Shown one piece after another: positions 36,958 through 48,162 of a stretch of 48,162 nt of DNA (positions are counted from its first letter, which is position 1; every line of letters begins with the position of its first letter). The position numbers were made by a program, and so were the translations under genes. The DNA comes from Azolla caroliniana (taxonomy: Eukaryota; Plantae; Polypodiophyta), in the NCBI GenBank assembly GCA_043228905.1, contig JBHGNT010000228.1, forward strand, positions 1 to 48,162, given 5' to 3'. The notes below the pieces were generated by a model that was not told the DNA's origin, made no database searches, and saw only the letters and a program-made list of their open reading frames with translations.

Positions 36958-37812
36958 ATTTAGATGCAAGTAAAATACAATCTTATGGTAATATGCTTAG
37001 TGGTGATTGGAGGCATTATTGGATTCCGGCATGTGGATAGTTAGAAAATAAATGTGGTGTATGTATGATTCTAGTCTTAGAATGGATGCATAGGGAAGTG
37101 GGAATTAAAACTTGCTCGTTTTGTGGGTTTCATTTGGAATGAATGCAACATGCCTTATGGAACGGTATGGCTGCATATTTTGTTTGGAAACGTATGTTGC
37201 GACTCATTGATGTTGCATATGGACCTAATGTGATTACATGGAGAAATGTCTTTTGGATGGATGTAAATGTGGATAAGCATAATTATGAAAGGGAAAAGAT
37301 ACTATTTACCTTTCAAACTAGGGGAAGGCAAGTTAAGGCCATACCATGTTCAAGCTCAAATCAGTTGAATGTGGATGCCGCAATATGGGCTAAGATATCA
37401 TCGGTGGTTCTGTGGAATATTTGAAAAGATCGATGCAAAATTGTGTTTCAGCAAATAAAGCATAATCTTGTTCATTGTGTGAAGGAAATTTGGTCGATGC
37501 TTATTTGAATTTTAAAAGGTCAATATGACTCCTTCATTTTTTTGAAACAACAATCCTTTAAAGGCAAATGGAAAGATTTGTTGTTCGTATTTGTGGAGAG
37601 AAATGACCAAACGGTTTTGGCAATATGTAACCCCTCAATGGTTGTTTCCTCCATAGGTGGAGTTTGGTTTCAATTATGACATAGTGGGGGATATACCTTT
37701 CTCTCTTATCTTACCCTCCACTAGATTGTATCATTATATACTTTGTATACGCTTATTGGATTGGTCATGGAAAGTATGGTGTAGTTTTGTTTTAAAAATA
37801 AAAAATAAAAAA
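36958..37812 (+). mobile_element. 5'-truncated L1-clade LINE copy (3' end only) with A-rich tail and 13-bp target-site duplication
   Basis: Translation CSFCGFHLE*MQHALWNG..A..VWKR (zf-RVT-like), VVLWNI*KDRCKIVFQ and WQYVTPQWLFPP. Tail AAAAATAAAAAATAAAAAA at ~37794-37812. TGAATAGAGCTTC present at 36945-36957 and 37813-37825. Confidence 0.88.
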
Positions 37813-37850
37813 TGAATAGAGCTTCCAACAAGCACTACCATAGATACATT

Positions 37851-38370
37851 CATAGAACGTAATAAACGTGTTCGTGCAAGCATTCAAATGTTTGAAAACG
37901 AACACGTTTGAAAAGGGAAAAATGCGTGCTCCTTTTATGTTGTCATGCTACTATTGCTTATGTCTTGGGTTCAATTCCTCATATCCTCTCGTTAGTGTCA
38001 TGTCATGGCAAAATTTTATGTTAGTGTCATGTTCCTTTTTTTTGTCTTTGTTATTAGAAATTAGCTCACCCTAGTGGTAAGTTATTATGCAACTACTGCC
38101 TATGTCATGTTTTCTTCATATTCTTGAATATACGTTTTATGAGTTTTTGAACATTTGATTATAATTTATAATGACATATTTTGATTCAATCTCTATAGTT
38201 CATACTCATTTTTTTGTAAAGTTCTAAAGTGAGGACTATAGAGATGTCTTGATTCTTAAGAAGCATCCCAAACGTATGCATGTGATACAATGCAAATATT
38301 GCAACCATACTTATGTTGGTGGTTCACAATGGATTAGAGTCGACTTATTGGGATTGAGAATGAATCAATA
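37851..38370 (+). mobile_element. hAT DNA transposon remnant (left end + BED zinc-finger fragment)
   Basis: IQCKYCNHTYVGGSQWIRVDLLG at ~38286-38355 resembles the plant hAT BED finger CxxC....GG..R...HL.G. A perfect 12-bp inverted repeat AAACGTGTTCGT/ACGAACACGTTT (37864/37898) follows CATAG at 37851, like a subterminal region. Confidence 0.55.
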
Positions 38371-40560
38371 TATAATATAGACCATAGTCAATCCAATCCA
38401 ACTTCGAGATGATTTACCATACATGTTTTATTGAACCATTCTCGAATGTGAATGCACGTATGATATGTATGGTTCAGTCTATGGATCATACATTTATTCA
38501 CATCAAAAGATACTAGCTACATCTATTTACATTATTTTATTCACTTGAGACCTCCATTTTCTTAGTATTTATTATGACAATTTCTTTTCGTCAACTCAAG
38601 ACTTGTTTTTTAACCCTTGAGTTTATCCTTGCTTGGAAACTTCTATCTCTAGAACCATGGTTTATTTTATTCTTCTTGAAGGAGTTTAGGGTTGAAATCA
38701 TCAATTGTGTAAACAAACTATTTCATTCTTTCGAAATATCCTCAAGTTTGCAATTAGTCAAGTGTATTTGTGTCCTTTTCAAGTTTCACACTATTCAACA
38801 TGATTGCACAAGAAGAGTCGTTGATTCAATAAGAAACTATTTCAACAAGTATAGACAGTCCACATATCTTTGGTAACATCTAAAAATCCTTAGATGTAAA
38901 ACTATTTCAACACTTTTTATCGGTTCCTTTGGCATTTGGTCTAATATGTGCTTATTATTCACTTGTACATGTTTGTTATGTTTGGCAAGTTTCTCAACTT
39001 CCTCTTCTACGATACTATACCCCTTCCTAATTTCCCTTCTCATGTACATAACTTCATATTTTATGTAGAAGCAAGCATTTTTGGCATAGACACCTCAAAT
39101 GCAACTTTTAGGACCACACCTTAGTATTTGTGAAATGTCTATTTATTTCTTTAGTGGCACCTTAGATTGCTAGTCGGAACGCTCAAAATCAATCAAATCA
39201 AATCACCATTCATTTGCATGAAGAAAAATATTTACATAAAACTTCATGTATAAAAGGTGCTAACGCATTTCACAACACATTTGTTTTATTACATCTTAGT
39301 ATATCATAGTCCATGAGAAATCTCCAAGATTGAAGCAACTCTATATACGCCAAGAATTATTTGATATATGCAATTTATTATGCCCCATATGTATCTTTAT
39401 GACTCCTTTAGAGTGAGAAATAATTATGTCAACAAGTTGAAATGAAACAAACAAATTGATGTGCAAGACATCTTCAAACCATCGCCTAAACCCAATAAGA
39501 AGAGAGCCAACCATTGGCAAGGAACTTGTTACATCTATGGTCAGCATGGTATTCATAACTCAATAATTTCATGTAGTGATCATTTACATCTACTTGACTA
39601 GGAAAGGAACAACTTTGTTTGAAAGCTATAATTAAACATAAAGACAATGGTTAAATTAAGTGAAATTGATCTTTGTATGAAGAAATTAACCATCACAAAA
39701 AACATCACTCAAAATATACCTTATAACACTACAAATGAATAGATCAAACTTCTTGAAAAAGCACCATAAACTCTCATTTAGTAGGGGTTTATTGAATCTA
39801 ATAAACATTAGATGAGGAACTACTAACACTTAAGTTATTTCATATATCCCTATCGTTGTGATCCACATACATTGCTACTCAATTGCAGGAATAATAAAAC
39901 CATGAAGACATCAATTCACAACTAGAAGGAGACAAAGTCTAGTCTATCCTTGCAATCACTAAGATGGGAGTTCTTTGAGGTCATTTATGCCTCTAGGAAA
40001 TGCTTCTTGACTTATTCCTAGCTTTACCAACATAAATACTAATTCCTAATTCCGTTTTTATTTGCTTTTAGAAGAACCCCATTTGTAGACGTGGAGTAAC
40101 TACAAGAACCCTACCAATTCATGGTTAGGGATGGAAATTACTGCCATTATTTAGATAGTGAGCTCTTTAGGAAATGGTAACTAGATGTGAATGAAAACAT
40201 GAAATATTCCAATTCCCTAGGGAAAATACTACAAGAGCTCAAGGCATGTTTCTTACCACCACCCATCTAAATCTCAACCATCACTTGATAATTATAAATA
40301 AAACATCCTGGTATAAACATTGGACCAAAAGCACATCATATTTCAAACGGAGAAACTTTAACTACATAATTTACACGCATGAAATAAATCCCTGGTGTTG
40401 TGAATCAATAAACAATCCACTACCACACTGACCAACCCTCTAAAACATTTACAAGAGTAATCATATACAAGTTTCCTTAACCAAAATAAATAAAAAACAA
40501 AAGAAGAATGATACGATGCAACAATCACAAACAAATATTACAGATATCGGAACGGGATGT

Positions 40561-43500
40561 TCATCCTGGTACAAAATAGTCCATCTTATCAACAGGTAAA
40601 TTCAAATCTGATGTGTCCACCTATGACAAAACCAGTAAGAAATTTTCATTATATATTGGCATTAGGAAAATGATGATATTCAATAGTAATACACTCAATT
40701 CATTAGCAGCATTACTGTAATACCCATTTCATTTCATGAGCAATATTCAAACATGTACGCTAAATACCAATAGAGACAGTAAGGTTTACCCAAGTTCATT
40801 AACAACACAGAAATAGAATCAACTCACTTCCGTAAATGGTACAAATACAAATGGAGCAAGGCCTCTTCGATGTGAGATAGCTGGCATGTCGTCAGGATTC
40901 TCATCATCCAATCTACTTGTCATTTCGAGTAAATTCTCATCGTGGTCCCGTAACTCTTCATGTAGCCCACTTGTCACTAGTGAGACCAAATCCATCCGGT
41001 TGTATGCACCGAGTATAGTTCCCCGTATCCTGCATGAACATTCTGATGCCATAAGATATAGAAGAGCATACTATCTATTGCATTTCAGTACATGTTTGAA
41101 TAAACATTCAGTTTCCAAAAGAGATTCAGACATTAGAAAACTTATGTTATTTACATTATTCAACCTTCTACTATAATAAAATCTCTGATTAAACAAAAGA
41201 CTCTGCCTAGATAATGTGGAAAAAAAGTACAGGAGCAAACAAGATGATGCACTAGTTTTCCATGTACCCTACTATAGACATCCCCATTCAAACAAACATG
41301 TGGGGTCCTCTGTGCTACAAACTAGCAAAATTTATAAACAATTTCTACAAGGCGTGATACCAGGAGAGTGACTGAAACTAACAACAGGGAAGCTAGAAAT
41401 AGGGCACAGGTCGCATGAGTCCTTGTAACCTACAGTCATCCAACAACACGCTTGTAAACTGAAAATTTAGACACTGTGAATGAATGAATGGATTGCTTTT
41501 GTGACAGCAGATTAAATAATCCCCATTGATCTCCTGGAGGAACTCCTTGCAATTTTTCTGTCAAGGTCATATCAGATCATGTATATAGGCTATGGCACAC
41601 CCCCACTTCATTCAATGACAGAGATTCACGTAGGATTGGGATATTTTCTGTATCATTATTCCAAGAAGGCTGCCATGAAACGTGTTTCGAGAGCGCTGAA
41701 ACAAAACAGGTGCCAGCGTCAGGCTTCCTGGATCTTCATCCTTTTACACTTTGATTTAGTCAGGCTCAGCATGTAGCTGTCCTCAACAATGAAGGATTGC
41801 TTAAATGGTGAGGCTAATCACTGCCAACGAAGGGGTCAAGAAATGCAAATAATAACAACCAGAAAGGAAAATGGAATTATAATGCATTAGTAAAGATGAG
41901 GAAGCATGCTAAACGGGGATGATCGACACACATTTAGTTGAACCTGTTAGATATAATCAATTATCAACCCCAAGTTGTCAATTTATCCCCATATGTACTC
42001 TTAGAGTGTACATTTTGTGATAGCGCCCCAAATGAGTAGCTATTGTGCAACCCGACCATATGAGTTGATAAGTTGTCAATCTAGGAAACCGTAGATGAGT
42101 AGGACACAATGTATTTAGGAAAGAGCGAAATGGACTAATAGGATTGACTAATCAAGTCAACTAGAAGAATATTTTGTGGGTAAGTTATGATGTACTTAGT
42201 CTTGAAGTATGTGGCATTGACTTTAAGATAAGTACTATCTAGCACTAGCTTGTATCTAGGGAGCTAGGTCATATTAAATGACAAGTCAGTTGACAGAAAT
42301 GGAATATCTCCACTACTATCAACAGACTTGCACATTTAATGTTACACTCAGACCAAACAGAGAATATAATCCACTCTCTTACACAGTACAGTGGCTGAGA
42401 CTATCATCTGTCCCCACTAATTTTGTAGTGAGCTGGTCCAGATCCTATCTAAGCTCTAAGGTGTGAGCACATGGGTGAACTACCATTGTGAGCTACTCTC
42501 GGAAGTAATAGAAAGTTTGTTTTCATATATCCATCTCTGACATTGTAACTCTATATGTCTATCTAATCGATTCTCAATATTTCTAACAAACCCGGGTAAA
42601 AATAACTACATGTTAGCAAAAAAGAAGTGGCACATGCTAAGAAGAGAGAACTCTTGAATCCTAAAGTAAGAAAGAGAACTCATTGTCAGGTTTGAAAGTT
42701 TTGGAATTCTAACATCTAGGCTTCAGTGACAAGTGGGCCCCATGAGCCTCTTCCCAAGTTGCCACTTCAGACCGTTCCTTCCGAAAATTGCCGCTACATT
42801 AATGGGATCATTCTTCTTCATTGGAAAAGTGGAAGTTTCCTCGTGTGAACTCTAAAGGGGTTCTCCCATTGTGAATGCTAAACCAAAGAAAGAAGAGTTG
42901 GGGAAAGCAGAGAATTAACTTCCATGCCTGGCTACAAATAAGAAATCATTCCTCATCTAGCTGAACACGAGAAAACTCAAGTTCTCTCGTGAACTGCCCT
43001 TTCATGTAGCTCTGCATGAAGGAACTCTTATGGCAAGCTGCTACCATCCTGTGCTCAACTGCCGTCGTGAGCAGCTGTTCATTGTGGACAGCCATCATTA
43101 AAAGCCAGCAAGTAGCTCCAACCGTGGGTAGCCATCATGGGTAGAATGTCATGGGTATTTGGGACAGAAGTCCTAACTGCTCTTAAACTATAAGTTCCCT
43201 CCATCCCTACCCCATTCATATATACAAAACCCCTACACACAAACTCTTATGATTACAAATGCATGAACATCTTACACACTTGTCCGCATATAAACATACA
43301 AACAGTGAAATACAACTACATCCTTCATGCATACTTGCAAATTGCCACATTCACACATATATCACATGCACTACTACCATACCAAGCACTCATTAAAACG
43401 GAAAAACTTCACAATTGTGCATCCATCCACACACGTTCTCATGCGGAAGTGTTCCCACACATTGAGAGTAGAAACAACATCTAGAATCACGTCTTCCTTT

Positions 43501-46500
43501 GTTCACAACTCTGGTGATCCCAATCACATTTCACATGCACTTGTCTATTCCTGTGACAAAATACCCCCTTCAAACTGTGCCACACTCTATGTTAATATTT
43601 CCTGCTTATAGTGTTAGTAAGTTATTTTGCTATTTGGTTTCATAATTCAGACTCTTTTGCCAATAAATTTTTATTTGGATGGGTATAATTTTGGTTATTA
43701 TGGACAGAATGGAGATATCTCACAACCAAGTGTAACATGAATATATCTACTTCCGACCCATATCAAACATTCAGGTTTTTACTAAGGCAAACTTTGCATA
43801 CTTATCTCTGTCTCAGACAATATCGGCTACATAGTAACTTTATGAAAATCAAAAGCTGCTTCTGGCATCCTTAGCAACAGCTCAATCTACCATGGAAAAA
43901 TCGCATCTAGCTTTTTATGTGTGATGCATAAGACATCTAAGAGTTACTGCAGACATCATAGTATTATCACGTCCAATCAGAGAAATCCACTTTCAACATA
44001 TAAGGATTTCCTCCCACATTTATTGTTTAGGATTCAAGAGTATCAAGTAGTAGATTTAAAACCAACCTCAACTGGATTCGTAAGACTGTAGGCCTCAAAC
44101 CTGGATACAAGACTGCAGCTTCAACCTGACATATGATAATTATGAAGAAAACATTTGTTATTTGTGCAAAACAAAATTTACAATTCATTCTTGTGTAAAG
44201 GTCATGCAGTGAACATCATACCTGATCATGGTTAAGAGTATACTTCCCTGAATATACAGAATCGGATTTCAGTCCCCTCCCTTGAAATATCTTTGCAACT
44301 TCCTTCAGCCTCAGAGGAGATACCTGCATTCAAAGGAACTTTTCCTCAGACAGAAGACTTGAAGTCCATTTTAAATGCACTGCTTTGATAAAGAGAAAAA
44401 GCAATTCACATCATTCAGAGGAACTATATGACTTGAATGTTTCTTACTTTATAAAGAAACCTCCCGCTTGGGTAGAATCTTATATATCTGTAGTAGCAAA
44501 CCTATAATCATAATCACAAAAGTTATGACCTCTCTCTTTATTTACTAAATGGCACAGGTTTAGGTGCAGAGCCAGGAGTTACAAAAGTCCACAAATGGAC
44601 ATTATAGAAAAGGTAATGAAAAGAGGCATAAACCTGATAGTGTCAAACAACCCTAATGCAATAGTCAGACCACAACGAAAGCAGGGAAAGGTTTGCATGC
44701 TTAAGATAGTTTGAGCTCTTTCAGACAATGCATGTTTTCGTGCTGTGTCTTATTTTGGGTCTCAGAGGCCACTCTAGCCTCCTTAAGATTCATTGATAAA
44801 ATCTCTTCATCTATATCATATCATACATGTCTATTTGTATGCATGTGCACGAGTACATAAAAAAGGCTTCCCATCGTGGAACATGCTTACAGCAAATTCC
44901 AATCAAAAGAAGAAATAAAATAATCAAAATTTCTATGAAATTTATTCCTTTTATCTTCAGCAACTCGCAGTGGAAAAGAGAAAATCACTTTGACCAAACA
45001 ACCAATCCAATACAACGAGATTCGTCTCTTTACCCCATTTTTTGTCAAGATGTTTCGGGATAAGTGACTGTTACTAAAGAAAACGAAAGCTGTGATGGAA
45101 CTTACTAAATGAACTGGATTGGTCACCTTCCATTCTGCAACACCTGCCCTAATATATGTGTTACGGCTCACAAACAAACCTGTAGAATATCCACATATAT
45201 TCAGGAAAATATAGGTACTAATGCATTGGAGCAGAATATACCAGATTTTTTAAACAACATTTCCCAACCATCAAAACGAAGTCTCGGCCTCGATATCCAC
45301 ATTTTACGCCATGAGCCACCATAACATGATTGCACCATTTTCTGATTTTCTTCTCGTCCAAACATCTGATAAAAATGGTCATTCATATGAGTAAGAATAA
45401 CAGAAATATTTTGCGCATAGATTTAGAGGAATTATCCAGCTTTGAGACGAACATTGCACATCTTAAGAATGAAGACAAAAAGCACTTGCCTGCCATGCAT
45501 TCAGGCAAACATTTTGCCAAAGATATGGATTTCTGGTAGCATATCTCCACTTCCGACATACACATCCCGCACGGCCCAAACTGTAAGGTGTCATCCGGAG
45601 AAAGACCTGTGTTATATTATATAACACAGAAAAGACAGATTCTTAGCAGGAATAATTTAGATATCAGCCAGAAACAAGAGGCGATATAGATGTATCAATA
45701 TCAGTATGAACCTCAAAAAGCAGTTCATCTGGGAGTGCTTGATGTATAAGAGAAAGATCAATGGGAGGATTACTGCTAAGGCTCCCAAATGGTGCAACAG
45801 GTCTAATCCTTGTCCCATAGAGGCCTACAACAAATGAAAACAAAGAATTAGATTCCACAAAACATATTGTGATCTATTCACATGTTTTCATGTGCATAAC
45901 AAATCTGGTAACCTAATGTAATTTGCTGAATCTAATATTAACAAAGAGTTGAAGATTAGAAAATCACAAACAGATAACAAAGACTAGTAATATCAAGGAA
46001 TTAATGGTTAATTCTAATTCTACTTGGAAAGATAGAAATCCTACTCTCCAACTAATAGTCCAGACTTCTTCAGTTGCAAATCCTATTCAATGCTAGTGGA
46101 TCGAGATTTTGAGAACAATAACATGAAATTCTTGTCACCCCACAAAATTGACTATAACCTTTGAAATTCTACTGACTTGAGAAGCATTAGTTGGTCAGCC
46201 AGATTTCCCATCTTCAAAAGTATATTTCCTCATTGCATTAAGGAAAGATAGATTCTCTGAATATCTTTAATAAAGAAGACGAAGAACGTGGAACCTAAAG
46301 AATATATGCTTCCCCGTCAGATTATCAAACATGATATATTAAATGTACGATCACGTATACAAGCCATATTTTATCTGAGGTTATAAACAGGCACTTCACT
46401 GGACAAATTGGGAATGCAAGTGGAGCAAGACGTATAAGTAAAGCACGTCATAAGCAAAAAATACACATTATAGTTTGTCAATGAGTCCATTAAGAGAAAC

Positions 46501-46585
46501 TGTGATGCAGAAAGTACTCACTCAGCCAAGGTCGTTGCGTTTGTAAGTATTGTACTTCTCTCCTAACCATTACATTTGTTGGCAT
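40561..46585 (-). CDS. FBP7: F-box protein 7 / SKIP32-like (FBXO9/Hrt3-related), ~313 aa, 10 coding exons
   Basis: Phase-consistent exons (minus strand): 46585-46522, 45824-45712, 45606-45490, 45365-45269, 45179-45106, 44501-44448, 44323-44222, 44125-44067, 41029-40828, 40620-40561 (942 nt). Peptides VQY...[17 protein letters not shown]-box [120 protein letters not shown]. An in-frame TGA upstream supports the start at 46585 (alternative ATG at 46570). Confidence 0.93.
41945..42588 (+). mobile_element. Solo LTR (644 bp) inside the long intron of the F-box gene
   Basis: Starts TGTTAGA and ends TCTAACA (7-bp terminal inverted repeat), flanked on both sides by AACC. TATA-like and AATAGA-like signals in the 3' half. 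No internal coding sequence. Confidence 0.75.
42684..43571 (-). mobile_element. Probable 3' LTR with polypurine tract of a truncated LTR retrotransposon (same intron)
   Basis: On the minus strand AAGGGGGTATTT (PPT-like, 43570-43559) directly precedes TGTCACAGG, and the segment ends ...CCTGACA at 42684 (TGTCA/TGACA termini). Internal TATATA near 43220. No TSD, as expected if not a solo LTR. Confidence 0.5.
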
Positions 46586-48162
46586 TGACACGGGATGCTT
46601 GTCAAGTAATGCGACAGAATTTTTCACCTTATGATTCCTTGTTCAAGATATTTAGTATGCTGAAACAAGTTTTACAGCCAAAATTAATTAATAAGAGGAT
46701 AACTTAAAATGATACCATGGAAATCAGAAACAGCATGGGATATTGAAAGAGAGAGAATGAAAGAGATAAGTGGGAGATTGTACTAATTCCATGACCTTTG
46801 TTCACACATTTTTATTTGCTGCTTATAACCATAGAATTGCCCATAGAGATAGAGCAAATAAAAATACCACCGAAGTGAGCATATCCCTAACAAGACATGA
46901 GTTATTTAAGTGAAGGAAGATCCGCATTGGACTTGGTATGCAGTTCTATAATCACATCATCAGTCTTTTATTTTTGTTTCTCATGTTAAAGGATTTGTTG
47001 GATAATCAGAGTTCTATATCTAGGCGGTATCTGATACCAAATTCATTTTATGTTGTTTTCTCACGTAATGGCACTTTCTCATTATGATACAAACAAACGT
47101 TCCTGGCAATATCCAAACTGAAATACATCTGCCGAAATAATGTCACAAGTGTGGAGGGATGAACTTGCTAAGAAATTCTATTGAAAGATGGTGAATCAAC
47201 AGTATCAATCTTTGGCATGCTATTACATTTTGTCAGTCTGATCAAGATTTGCAAGTTTCTCCTTAAGGTTCATAGATATCCTCCACAATGTTTCACACCA
47301 TTTTGGCATATGTACTTTCACTCAAATACTAACATGTATCTTGATCAGACCATGCAAAACACAAGAAACAACAATAAATCATTGATTATATCACATTCAC
47401 CATTGAACCATATAGAAATCCAGGCAAGCTTAACCTTTCACAACATTTAACATCATTGTTGTAGCATGTTTATTCTAGTTCAAAATTCTTATAGTGCCCG
47501 AAACGTGCATTCAGAACCAAATAACAATGGTAACAGATTCACAATCCATTTGAACTATAGACTGGCATACAGAATTGGACACTGTTATGTGATTTTCTTT
47601 TACAGAAGAAAGAAAGTAAAACACGTTTTACTATGAAACCCGACAGCCCCATCTTTACTCTGCAACCTTAAAAGCGTTCAATTTCCCCATTTGCAGGAAA
47701 CCCATTATTGACAAGCGGATATCTTTTACTCGTAATTATTTCTCTGGCTCCTTCCTTTCTCTTCCGTCCTTCATTTAAACTCCAAAAGAATCTGAAAGAG
47801 ATGAAAGGAAGAGATGCTACCTGTACGTGATCTGATGGATATGAATCTGCATCTCTTTAAACCTCCCACACCCCCCCCCCCCCTTCTTCAGAAAAGCACT
47901 TCACAACATCTCCCCGGAGAAACAGGAAAAAGAGGAAGAATGGAAATCAAAGTGAGCAAAAAAAACAGAGCAAAATGAGATTGTGAATGAAAGAACAGAA
48001 GAATGTAAAAAATAAAAAAACCCAAATTTTCCAACATATTTTTACTCCGCGAGATCATCATCATCATCGTGCTACTTATTCTTCATGGAATTATTTTTAT
48101 TTGTCTTTGGGAAAACTTCTTCATCCATGAGTGATTCATTCGAATGCGGACGCATATCGAGT

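Noticed and set aside
38574-39556. Short ORFs downstream of the hAT fragment
   Set aside because: No recognisable transposase or host-gene motifs.
41530-41776. Two overlapping open frames inside the F-box long intron
   Set aside because: Short, no recognisable homology and no supporting splice structure.
47660-47792. Possible 5'-UTR exon and short uORF (MKDGRERKEPEK) of the F-box gene
   Set aside because: Splice signals are plausible but cannot be tied to the gene without transcript data.

Overview
AT-rich land-plant nuclear DNA. Gene style and LINE/CACTA types suggest a seed-free vascular plant, but that is inference only. Four protein-coding genes are supported: a 5-exon STICHEL-like AAA+ clamp-loader-family gene (+, 13662-18537), an intronless PORR-domain organellar RNA-binding protein (-, 19678-21579), an intronless class II (CIN-type) TCP transcription factor (-, 24577-26190) and a 10-exon F-box protein 7/SKIP32-like gene (-, 40561-46585). 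There is one intact tRNA-Ser(GCT) (-, 9728-9809). The rest is a patchwork of decayed transposons (two L1-type LINE fragments, two solo LTRs, a probable LTR+PPT remnant, CACTA and hAT transposase fossils), short tandem duplications and microsatellites. I found no convincing new multi-gene system. The most unusual items are a ~200-aa insert containing ~10 His/acid-rich 12-aa repeats that splits the PORR domain, a tandem pair of tRNA-Leu/Ser-like relics upstream of the PORR gene, layered repeat arrays upstream of the STICHEL-like gene, and a GC-AG intron in the F-box gene.
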